From: Deltaproteobacteria bacterium
GTDB taxonomy: Bacteria > Desulfobacterota > Binatia > UBA12015
NCBI GenBank assembly: GCA_046583355.1
Contig: JAYGCM010000031.1
Coordinates: forward strand, 1-53,072
Reading direction: 5' to 3'
DNA length: 53,072 nt
Under the pieces are notes generated by a model. The model saw nothing but the letters and a program-made list of their open reading frames with translations, was not told the origin of the DNA and made no database searches. This document shows positions 42,840 through 51,195 of this stretch, in pieces (position 1 is the stretch's first letter; each line of letters starts with the position of its first letter). A program made the translations under genes and the position numbers.

Positions 42840-44171
42840 ATGAATCTCCCACGTTACGATGTTCCCCCCGCAGTTGTGCTCGGCCTCGGCCAGAATGGCA
42901 TGGCGACCTGCCGCGCCCTTGGCCGGGTCGGTGTGCCGGTCATCGCGATCGATTCCGATCTCGACCAGCCGGGAGCGCAGACGAAATATGCCCATAAAAT
43001 CCTCTGCAAGGACTTTCAGAAGGGCGGTCCCGGCCTTGTCGAAGACCTGATCGAGATCGGTCGAGAGCTGGCAAAGCAGGGCCTCAAGGGCGTGCTTTTT
43101 CCGAGCGGCGACCTGAATGTGCAGATTATCTCGCAGGAGCGCGAGCGCCTCGACCCCTGGTTTCTCTATCGATTGCCGGAAAAAGAGGTCGCCAACCTCT
43201 TCCTCGACAAGAAGGCCTTCTACAAGATCGCCATGGAGCGAGACTATCCGCTCGCGCGTACCTTCTTCACCGACGAAGACCACGATATTGAGAAGATCCT
43301 CGCCGAGCTCGAATACCCGGCACTGATCAAGCCCTTCCAGCCCAATGCGGCCTGGCGCGAGACTTTCGATACCCGGCTCTTTCTCGCCGACTCGGCCGAG
43401 ATGTTGCGCAAGCTCTACGACCTGACCTACCCGGTGCATCAGGACCTGATCATCCAGGAATATATGCCCGGCGACGACAGCCAGGTGATGTGGGGTGTGA
43501 CCTATTTGAGCGCCGACCAGACGCCCTTGGCGGTATGGACGGGGCGCAAATTGCGCATGTACCCGCGCGGCTTTGGCACGGCGACGTTGGCCGAGAGCCG
43601 CCGCGATCCGTGGCTGGCTGAGGAAACCGTGCGTATCCTCAAAGACGTCGGGCATGTTGGCTACGGTGTGGTCGAGTTCAAGAGGGACCAGCGCGACGGT
43701 TGCTTCAAAATCACCGAGCCGACCGGCGGCCGGACCTGGTTCCCGCATTCGGTGGTGACGGCGTCAGGCATCAACTTGCCCTATATCTGGTACCGCGAGG
43801 TGCTGGGCGAGAAGGTCGAAGCACAAACCGAATTTGAAGACGGTCTGAAATGGATTCACGAAGAGCGCGACCTCAAGACCGTCATGCTCTATTTTCTGCC
43901 CGAGAAGCGGCTTACGCTGTGGACCTGGCTGCAATCGTATCGTGGCCGGCGCACCTACGCCTATTCGGCGTGGGATGATCCCGGCCCAATTCTGAAATCC
44001 TTGAGCCGTATCGTCGAGGCCGGCGTCAATCGAATCAAAAGAAAGTTTTCGCAGGGCGAAAGCGCCGAGGTCGAGCGTGTTGCGAAGAGCCGTCCCAAGG
44101 CAATGGACGAAGTCCTGCTGGCCGCCGACCCGACCGTCGGCCACGGCGTGCGAAAGATTTCGGTCGATTGA
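42840..44171 (+). CDS. ATP-grasp carboxylate-amine ligase (D-aspartate-ligase-like family)
   Basis: VVLG...ATCRALGRVGVPV, LFPSGD, DKKAFY, YPALIKP, IIQEYMPGDD, RKLRMYP and VEFKRDQRDG motifs. Confidence 0.85.
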   Translation: MNLPRYDVPPAVVLGLGQNGMATCRALGRVGVPVIAIDSDLDQPGAQTKYAHKILCKDFQKGGPGLVEDLIEIGRELAKQGLKGVLFPSGDLNVQIISQERERLDPWFLYRLPEKEVANLFLDKKAFYKIAMERDYPLARTFFTDEDHDIEKILAELEYPALIKPFQPNAAWRETFDTRLFLADSAEMLRKLYDLTYPVHQDLIIQEYMPGDDSQVMWGVTYLSADQTPLAVWTGRKLRMYPRGFGTATLAESRRDPWLAEETVRILKDVGHVGYGVVEFKRDQRDGCFKITEPTGGRTWFPHSVVTASGINLPYIWYREVLGEKVEAQTEFEDGLKWIHEERDLKTVMLYFLPEKRLTLWTWLQSYRGRRTYAYSAWDDPGPILKSLSRIVEAGVNRIKRKFSQGESAEVERVAKSRPKAMDEVLLAADPTVGHGVRKISVD

Positions 44172-45670
44172 TGGCGGGCACAAAGGGACAGGGTGAGGGT
44201 GGTCGTCTGCGCGAAGGGCCGGCTGCTGAGCTGAAAGAATTGGCCTTTGGTTTGGAGATCGCCGACGCGCCGATTCTCCTGCATGGCTGCAGCCTCGCCG
44301 ACCTCGCCCATATTCTCATGCTGCTGGAGGTAGGCGTGGTCCCGCAAGAGTCCGGGGCGCGTCTGCTCGGCCACCTGCTCGAATTGCATAAGGTTCCGGT
44401 TGAAGATTTCCCCCTCGATGCCGCGCTCGAGGATGTCTACTCGAATCGCGAGGCCTGGGTGAGGGCGCGTGACGAAGAGGCAGCGGGCTGGCTCGGTGCA
44501 GGCCGGCCACGCCGCGAGCCCGCCACGATCGCCTACCGGTTGGCTGTGCGCGAGCGTCTGCTGGGTCTCTGCGAGCGGCTGGTCGATATGGTCGATGCCC
44601 TGTGTGAGCAGGCAGCAGCCCATATCGGCACCATCATGCCGGATTACACCTATTTGCAGCCGGCCACGCCGACCAGCCTGGCGCATTATCTGCTCTCGTT
44701 TGCCTACCCGCTGTTGCGCGACCTCGATCGCTTGCGCTCGGCTTATGACCGGACCGACCGCTGTCCGGGCGGGATCGGTAATATCAATGGGACTCGGCTG
44801 CCGGTCGATCGCGCGCGGCTCTCGGATTTGCTGGGCTTTGCCGCCCCGATCGAGAATACGCGGGACGCCATGTGGCAGGTCGATCAGCCAGTAGAGGTCA
44901 TGGCCGACTTGATGGCGATCTTCCTGCATCTCGACCGCCTGGCCGAGGATTTACAGATCTGGAATACCCGAGAATTCGGCCTGGCGGAGCTGGCGGATCG
45001 CCATGCGCGCATCAGCCTGATCATGCCGCAGAAAAAAAACCCTTACGCGTTGGCCTTCATTCGTGGCATTACGGGGACCATGGTCGGGCGTCTGGTTTCC
45101 ATGATTTCCGTTGGAAAGTCCCCCTCCGCACAAATGGATAATCGTATTTTTGCTCTTGGCGAAGTTCCCCGCTCTTTGGACTCGGGGATCAAGACCGTAA
45201 AGCTTGCCGCTGAGGTGGTGCGTGGCCTGAGCTTCAACACCGAATTGATGCAGCAACGTGCGACCGAAGGCTTCATTCATGCCACCGACCTGGCCGAGAC
45301 CATCATGCGTGATGGCGGGGCGACCTACCGTCAGGCGCATCGCCTGGTCGGCTTGGCCGTGCGCAACTCGCTTGAGCGCGACCCGCAGGCGAATGATGTG
45401 CCCCAGGATATTCTCGACGCCGCCGCTATCGAGGTTCTGGGTCGGCCACTCGGCATTGCGCCCGAGGTGCTGGCCGGCTTGACCCGTCCGGCCGATATCG
45501 TCGCGACCCGCCAGGGTTTGGGCGGCGCTGCCGCCGAGCCGGTCCATGCCATGCTCGAAGAATGTGCGGAGATGGTCTCCGCGCATCGTGAATTCTGTTC
45601 CAACCAACGTGACCGTATTCGGGCTTCCGAGGCGGCGCTTCTTTCCGAGGCCGGCTTGCGAGCCGGTTGA
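44171..45670 (+). CDS. Aspartase/fumarase-superfamily (argininosuccinate-lyase fold) enzyme with a non-canonical active site; XcbC-like
   Basis: ArgH-like frame (GGRL, LSDLLGF, ENTRDA, RLAEDL, MPQKKNP, ATDLAE, YRQAHRLVG), but GRPRRE replaces GRSRND and MPDYTYLQ replaces MPGYTHLQ. TGATG overlap with the upstream gene. Confidence 0.8.
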   Translation: MAGTKGQGEGGRLREGPAAELKELAFGLEIADAPILLHGCSLADLAHILMLLEVGVVPQESGARLLGHLLELHKVPVEDFPLDAALEDVYSNREAWVRARDEEAAGWLGAGRPRREPATIAYRLAVRERLLGLCERLVDMVDALCEQAAAHIGTIMPDYTYLQPATPTSLAHYLLSFAYPLLRDLDRLRSAYDRTDRCPGGIGNINGTRLPVDRARLSDLLGFAAPIENTRDAMWQVDQPVEVMADLMAIFLHLDRLAEDLQIWNTREFGLAELADRHARISLIMPQKKNPYALAFIRGITGTMVGRLVSMISVGKSPSAQMDNRIFALGEVPRSLDSGIKTVKLAAEVVRGLSFNTELMQQRATEGFIHATDLAETIMRDGGATYRQAHRLVGLAVRNSLERDPQANDVPQDILDAAAIEVLGRPLGIAPEVLAGLTRPADIVATRQGLGGAAAEPVHAMLEECAEMVSAHREFCSNQRDRIRASEAALLSEAGLRAG

Positions 45671-45711
45671 ACGTTCCACCCGCTTCCCTATCTCAATTGG
45701 AGAATACGATC

Positions 45712-46572
45712 ATGCAGGATTTCTTCTCGCTCCCTTCCCGTTCCGCAAAACCGCGTGACGAGGGCGTCACGCACGTTATCGACAAAGGCCTCGGCCTCGC
45801 GCAGGTCGAAGATATGCTCGCGACCTGTAGCGGTCATATCGATATCGTGAAGCTGGGTTGGGGCACGGGCTATGTGACCCAGAACCTCAAGGAGAAGGTT
45901 GCCCTTTATCACAAGGCCGGAATTCCGGTCTGCTTTGGCGGTACTCTTCTCGAGGTCGCCATCCTGCAGGACCGTCTGGATGCCTTCCGCAAGATGACGC
46001 TGGACCTCGGTCTCTCCCACGTCGAGGTCTCCAACGGCGTGATCGATATGACGATGAAAGAGAAGGCGAAATATATCCGCGATCTATCGCAGGATTTCGT
46101 CGTCCTCTCCGAGGTCGGCAGCAAGGATTCCGAGAAGATCATTCCTCCTTTCCGCTGGGTCGAGATGATTCAGAGCGATCTCGATGCCGGTGTCTGGAAG
46201 GTGATTTGTGAGGCGCGCGAGAGCGGTACGGTCGGCCTCTATTTCGGCTCCGGGGAGGCGCGTTCGGGCCTGATCGACGAGATCTGCACCAAGATCGACC
46301 ACGCCGACCTGATCTTCGAGACGCCGCTCAAGACCCAGCAGGTCTATATGGTGAAGAAGCTCGGCTCTGAGGTGAACCTCGGCAATATCGCTACCAACGA
46401 GGTGATCCCGCTGGAGACGCTGCGGCTTGGATTGCGCGGCGATACCATGGGTGATTTTCACGACGTGGATATCTGGAACAAGCGGCGCGATGCGGATCTG
46501 GCGGCCGAGTTGCCGCGCCCCGAGCGCCGCAGCCGCAAGCGCTCGCCGACCAAATTGACGCGCGTGCGCTGA
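45712..46572 (+). CDS. comA: Phosphosulfolactate synthase
   Basis: KPR.EGVTHVIDKG, DIVKLGWGT, GGTLLE, VEVSNG, VLSEVGSKD, EARESG, VNLGNI and LETLRLGLRGDT motifs; GGAG RBS before ATG 45712. Confidence 0.93.
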   Translation: MQDFFSLPSRSAKPRDEGVTHVIDKGLGLAQVEDMLATCSGHIDIVKLGWGTGYVTQNLKEKVALYHKAGIPVCFGGTLLEVAILQDRLDAFRKMTLDLGLSHVEVSNGVIDMTMKEKAKYIRDLSQDFVVLSEVGSKDSEKIIPPFRWVEMIQSDLDAGVWKVICEARESGTVGLYFGSGEARSGLIDEICTKIDHADLIFETPLKTQQVYMVKKLGSEVNLGNIATNEVIPLETLRLGLRGDTMGDFHDVDIWNKRRDADLAAELPRPERRSRKRSPTKLTRVR

Positions 46573-46608
46573 GGCCGTGTCTGGAGGCCGGCCTGCTTTT
46601 GGAGGCCT

Positions 46609-47367
46609 CTAGTCGATCCGGACGACGATGACGCTGGCGTTGTCGCGCCCGCCGCGGTCTAGCGCGCGCAGGATCAGTTCGTCTGCCGTGGTTGCGCTAT
46701 CGTGGCTGGCGCGGAGCAGTTCGTGCAGCGTGGCGGCGGGCAGCATGCCCGAGATGCCGTCGGTGCAGAGGAGAAAACAATCGCCGCTCTGCGTGGTATC
46801 CTGGCCGCTGCTCACTCTTACTTGAGGGCTGATGCCGACGGCCGCCTGGAGTTGGTTGGTATGTGGCAGATCAACCGGCGGCTGGCGGATCTCGGCATAG
46901 GCCTGTCCGAATTTGGTATGGTCAGCGGTCAGCAGTTCCAGGGCGCCTTCGCGCAGCCGGTAGAGACGACTATCTCCGACATGCGCCCAGCGGGCCTGCG
47001 CGCTGCCGGCGTCGATCACCAGGGCGACCACGGTGGTTCCCATCGAGAGGTGCCGGTCGCCCTGGGCACCGGCCTGAAAGATCGAGTGGTTCGCGGCGAC
47101 AATGGAGGCGTTCAGGGCGCGTAATTCACGGTCCGGGATGTCGGCCTGCTCGCGGGCGAAGGCGGTGCTGCTGCTCTGGGCCAGTTCGCGGAACATCGCC
47201 GGGATCTCTTCGACCGCCATTTGGGCAGCGCGCTCACCGTTGGCGTGTCCGCCCATACCGTCGGCGACGAGAAAGAGCCCGAGGTCGGGGTAGCATCCGA
47301 GCGCGTCCTGATTGGACGTACGGATATGACCGACATGGGTCCGGGACGCGAAATCAAGACAGCTCAT
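46609..47367 (-). CDS. PP2C-family Ser/Thr protein phosphatase
   Basis: THVGHIRTSNQD, VADGMGG, MGTT, HVGDSRLY, LCTDG and GGRDN motifs. Confidence 0.93.
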   Translation of the reverse strand: MSCLDFASRTHVGHIRTSNQDALGCYPDLGLFLVADGMGGHANGERAAQMAVEEIPAMFRELAQSSSTAFAREQADIPDRELRALNASIVAANHSIFQAGAQGDRHLSMGTTVVALVIDAGSAQARWAHVGDSRLYRLREGALELLTADHTKFGQAYAEIRQPPVDLPHTNQLQAAVGISPQVRVSSGQDTTQSGDCFLLCTDGISGMLPAATLHELLRASHDSATTADELILRALDRGGRDNASVIVVRID

Positions 47368-48546
47368 CTATTTTTGTCGGACCTCGACATCTTCGCTGCT
47401 ACCCAGAGTGGTGGCAATGAAGGCCGCCGCGTCGGCGTGCCCGCGTAATGTGGCTTGGAAATGGGCCAGGGTCCCGACTCGTGTGAGTTCGAGTTGGCGG
47501 TTGCCGCTCATGGAGTGCTGGAAGCCGTTGTCACAGAAGCCTTCCGTGCAGCTATCGGGGTCCATGAGGTTGCCGTCCAGCCCGGCCTGGATTCCCTCGG
47601 CGAGGCGCTCTAGCCTCGCGTCACCCTCGCTGGGGATATCCTCGGCGACGGCGGCGCAGGCGATCAGGATATCGGCGTGCGGGCCTGTGGCCGAGCCGAT
47701 GCCGAGCATGCCGATATGCGTGCCGCCGATCAGCCGGACCAGGGTCGCGTTGTGCGCTGCGAATTCGAAACTCCGCTGTGCTGCCGTCGTGAAGGGGACC
47801 AGCTCGTCGGCGTCGCCTGCGAGGATCATCGTCGGAATGGCCCGTTGGTAGAAATCCGGGCCGAAGAAGCAAGTCGCCGGCGCGTGTGCGACGGCGGCTT
47901 TTGCAAACGGGATTTGCAGGGTCGGGTGGTAGGCACCGATGACGACGGTGGCGCCGCCAAGCGAGAGGCCGACGATGCCGACCCGGTCCATATCCATGAC
48001 GGCGGCAATGGCGTCGCCGGGAGCCGTGTCGCGCGCGGCGATGGTTTGCAAGGCAAAGGCGAGGTCGCCGGGTTGGTTATGCATATCGGTCACCGTCGGG
48101 CCGCCGGGGGCGCCGCCGGTCGAGAGCGGGAAATTCGGCGCCACGACCACATAGCCGTGGCTCACCAGATGTGTGATCAGGCCGCGTGCCGCCTGATTGC
48201 TCGAGGTGAATCCATGCGCGTAGCCGAGCACGGGGAAGGGGCCACCGCTCGAGGGAGGCACGGGGGTGTCTGCCTGGCCTTCGGGGCCGGCCGGTGGCGT
48301 TCCGGCATCGACCGGGTAGTAGACCTGCGTGGCGAGTATGCGACCGGAGTCGCCCTCGTAGTCGCCGTTGGGCGGTGTGGGCCGCGAGGAATCCCAGAGC
48401 AAGGTGTTCCATTCGCCGACCTCCCAGGGACCGGGCTCAGCCAGGCTCTCCCAGGTGGCGGGTTCGACCTTGATGCTGTTGCCGCTGCAGGCGGCCAGGC
48501 TGAGCATCAGGCCCATGGCGATCGCGAATCGGAACGTCGATTTCAT
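47368..48546 (-). CDS. Alpha/beta-hydrolase lipoprotein (dienelactone hydrolase/esterase-like)
   Basis: Lipobox LAAC; FPVLGYAHG, SHGYVVVAP, nucleophile GLSLG, GDADELVP and GGTH. Confidence 0.85.
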   Translation of the reverse strand: MKSTFRFAIAMGLMLSLAACSGNSIKVEPATWESLAEPGPWEVGEWNTLLWDSSRPTPPNGDYEGDSGRILATQVYYPVDAGTPPAGPEGQADTPVPPSSGGPFPVLGYAHGFTSSNQAARGLITHLVSHGYVVVAPNFPLSTGGAPGGPTVTDMHNQPGDLAFALQTIAARDTAPGDAIAAVMDMDRVGIVGLSLGGATVVIGAYHPTLQIPFAKAAVAHAPATCFFGPDFYQRAIPTMILAGDADELVPFTTAAQRSFEFAAHNATLVRLIGGTHIGMLGIGSATGPHADILIACAAVAEDIPSEGDARLERLAEGIQAGLDGNLMDPDSCTEGFCDNGFQHSMSGNRQLELTRVGTLAHFQATLRGHADAAAFIATTLGSSEDVEVRQK

Positions 48547-48704
48547 TCTTCATCGCTACCATGGTTTCGTTTTCGTATGCACGGCCGAGTCCTTCGCGCG
48601 TGCAAGATGAGCATCCCCGCACGCCGACCGGTAGGATGCGCAAGCATGAACTGCGAGATCACTTCCTGTCGCAATCCCCAGGGCAGCCCTTTGGTGGGTG
48701 GAGC

Positions 48705-49328
48705 ATGAGCGGCGGGCGCCTGATTCTGGTCCGGCATGGCGAGAGCACGGGGAATATCGAGCAGCGCTTCTCGCGCGACCCGCATATTCACCTCACGGAT
48801 CGTGGCGTCGAGCAGGCGCGCGAAACCGGCCGCGCGATTCGGGCCGGGTTTCGCCCCTTGCATATCGTCGCCAGCCCCTACCACCGCGCCCGTCATACCG
48901 CGGAACTCATTGCGGCCGAGTTGGGCCGTGCGTTGCCGATTCAGATCGAAGAGGATTTGCGCGAGCGTTCGATTGGCGATCTGGCCGGCGAGCCCTACCG
49001 GGCCATGCGCGAGCATGCCGACTATAGGGTCGAGCGTTATTGGGCCTGGCGTCCGCCGAACGGCGAGTCGCTCGAAGATGTGCAGGCACGCGCCGGGCGC
49101 ATTCTCGAAGATCTCGCGACAGCGCACCCGGGCGGGGATGTCGTGGTGGTGAGCCACGGCGGAACCATGCTCGCGCTTTGTGCGCACGTCGAGGGAGGCT
49201 TCGAGCGGCCGCGTGTGGCCGGGAATTGCGAGATCGTTGTGGTGGAGCATTCTCCCGGCGCCGGCCTTCGCCTCGCGGGCGACGCTCCGGCCGGCAAGGG
49301 TGCGGGCACTGAAGAAACGGGCGGCTGA
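48705..49328 (+). CDS. Histidine phosphatase (phosphoglycerate mutase family)
   Basis: LVRHGES, ASPYHRARHTA, LRERSIG, PNGES and VVSHGG motifs. Confidence 0.92.
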   Translation: MSGGRLILVRHGESTGNIEQRFSRDPHIHLTDRGVEQARETGRAIRAGFRPLHIVASPYHRARHTAELIAAELGRALPIQIEEDLRERSIGDLAGEPYRAMREHADYRVERYWAWRPPNGESLEDVQARAGRILEDLATAHPGGDVVVVSHGGTMLALCAHVEGGFERPRVAGNCEIVVVEHSPGAGLRLAGDAPAGKGAGTEETGG

Positions 49329-49565
49329 GCCGCATGGATCGCGCCGGCCCCTTCGTTCGGAGGGAGGGAAGCCGGGCTTTTCCAACGGAACCCGTCGGGC
49401 TCGCGCTGCTGGCATGGCTTCCGGGCGCTCCAGTCAGTAAAGGTCAGGAGCGTGCCTCCTGTGGAGGCCGCATCGGCTCCGCTCTTCGGACCCGGTGGCC
49501 GTCGGCCACCGCGGCGCGAGCGGGGCGTAGCACCAGAGGTTGTATGCGGATGTCGGAGATTCATT

Positions 49566-49829
49566 TTGGCTAAGTCACGGCTCACATTCCAGAAACGGCA
49601 AAAAGAACTCGCGCGGATCCGCAAGCGCGAGGACAAGAAAAAGCGTATGGCCGAAAAGCGCGAAGACCGGGCCGAAGAGGATCTGCCCAAGGGCCCGCAG
49701 ATCGCCACCACGGAAGATCTGGTCGGCCTTGGCCTGGCAGATCCCTCAGAGCTCGAAGCCGAAGAGGCCGAGGAAGAAGAAGAAGAAGAGGAAGAGGAGG
49801 AGGAGGAGGAGGGTACGGCGCGCTCTTAG
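49566..49829 (+). CDS. Small hypothetical protein with a basic N-terminus and poly-Glu C-terminus
   Basis: GGAG RBS, TTG start, (M)AKSRLTFQKRQKELARIRKREDKKKR, and 14 consecutive Glu codons at 49770-49811. Confidence 0.65.
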   Translation: MAKSRLTFQKRQKELARIRKREDKKKRMAEKREDRAEEDLPKGPQIATTEDLVGLGLADPSELEAEEAEEEEEEEEEEEEEEGTARS

Positions 49830-49855
49830 GAGCCCTGCGCCGTTTCCCCTTCCGC

Positions 49856-50737
49856 ATGCTCCAGCCCTACGAGAGCATTGAGGTTCAGCCCGAGGAGGGC
49901 GGCTTCGGTGCGCGCGTGAGTGGCTTGCGCCTCGACGCGCCCTTGGCCCCGGCTGTCGTGGCCGAGATCCGGCGCGCCTGGGCCGAGCATGCCGTCCTGG
50001 TCTTTCCCGACCAGCCCCTCGACCACGCCGGCCTGGAGCGTTTCAGCGCGGCCATCGGTCCCTTCGGCGAGGACCCCTATCTGGGCTCACTTGCCGATCA
50101 TCCGCATATCGTCGAATTGGCGCGCGAGCCGGAAGAGAAATCCTACGTCTTTGGCGCCGCCTGGCATTCCGATTGGAGCTTCCAGCAGGCCCCGCCCTCG
50201 GCGACGATCCTGCATGCCAAGGAAGTGCCGCCGGTTGGCGGCGATACGCTCTTTGCCGACACGCGCGCTGCCTTTGATGCGCTGGACGACGATTTGAAAG
50301 AGCGATTGCACGGCCTGTGCGCGGTGCATTCCGCAGCGGCGGCCTATGGCCCGCAGGGAATCCTGCAAACCGACCCGAACCCGAGTACGACGAAAATCAT
50401 CATCTCCGAGACAGCCTGCGTGCGTAGGTCGCACCCAATGCTGCGCCTTCACCAGGAGAGCGGGCGGACGGCACTCTACGTCAATCCTGTATATACGACC
50501 GAGATCGAAGGCATGGAGGCCGCCGCGAGTCGCGACCTATTGGGCGTGCTTTATCTTCATCTGGTCAAGGAAGAGTTCATCTATTGTCACCGCTGGCAGC
50601 CGCAGATGCTGGTGATGTGGGATAATCGCGTGGCTCTGCATCAGGCTCAGGGGGGCTACGAGGGCCACCGCCGCCTGATGCATCGCACGACCATTCAGGG
50701 CGAGGTGCCGCAACCGGCAGAAAGAGAGCAGGCGTAA
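49856..50737 (+). CDS. TauD/TfdA-family 2-oxoglutarate-dependent dioxygenase
   Basis: WHSD (HxD), GGDTLFAD, WDNRVALH and RRLMHR motifs. Confidence 0.93.
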   Translation: MLQPYESIEVQPEEGGFGARVSGLRLDAPLAPAVVAEIRRAWAEHAVLVFPDQPLDHAGLERFSAAIGPFGEDPYLGSLADHPHIVELAREPEEKSYVFGAAWHSDWSFQQAPPSATILHAKEVPPVGGDTLFADTRAAFDALDDDLKERLHGLCAVHSAAAAYGPQGILQTDPNPSTTKIIISETACVRRSHPMLRLHQESGRTALYVNPVYTTEIEGMEAAASRDLLGVLYLHLVKEEFIYCHRWQPQMLVMWDNRVALHQAQGGYEGHRRLMHRTTIQGEVPQPAEREQA

Positions 50738-51195
50738 TGGCTATTCCGCAGGAGATCGACCAAGTGCTCAAGGCCGCGATGAGGGAACGCGACCAGCCGA
50801 CACTCGACGTCGTACGCATGCTGAAGAGTCGCGTGCAGGAGCGCACGACCGCCAAGGGCTTTGCCGGCGAGGTCGACGACGCCCTATGGATCGAGGTGAT
50901 CGGCGCTTATAGCAAGCAAATGAAAAAGGCCGTCGTCGAATACGGAAAGCTCGGGGAGCGCGGCGAAGAGCAGCTTTCGAAGATCGGTTTCGAGGTCGAA
51001 TTCTGTGCGCGTTTTTTGCCACAGCAGATCAGTGAGGACGAACTCCGTGTGCTGGTACAGGCGCGCATCGAGGAGATGGGCATGACCGATCCCAAGCAGG
51101 CGGGACGTCTGATCGGCGCTGTCATGAAGACGCATAAGGGCCAAGTCGAGGCGGGCGATATCAAGCGCATTGCCGACGAGATTCTGGCGGGTTGA
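50737..51195 (+). CDS. GatB/YqeY domain protein
   Basis: LKAAMRERD, FLPQQISEDE and GRLIGAVMKTHKGQVE motifs. Confidence 0.88.
   Translation: MAIPQEIDQVLKAAMRERDQPTLDVVRMLKSRVQERTTAKGFAGEVDDALWIEVIGAYSKQMKKAVVEYGKLGERGEEQLSKIGFEVEFCARFLPQQISEDELRVLVQARIEEMGMTDPKQAGRLIGAVMKTHKGQVEAGDIKRIADEILAG

Noticed and set aside
42840..46572. Calling the locus a complete coenzyme M or alkene-metabolism cluster, or calling the middle gene argH
   Set aside because: No xcbA/D/E, comB/C/DE, alkene monooxygenase or epoxyalkane:CoM transferase is in the window, and the ArgH catalytic motifs are altered.
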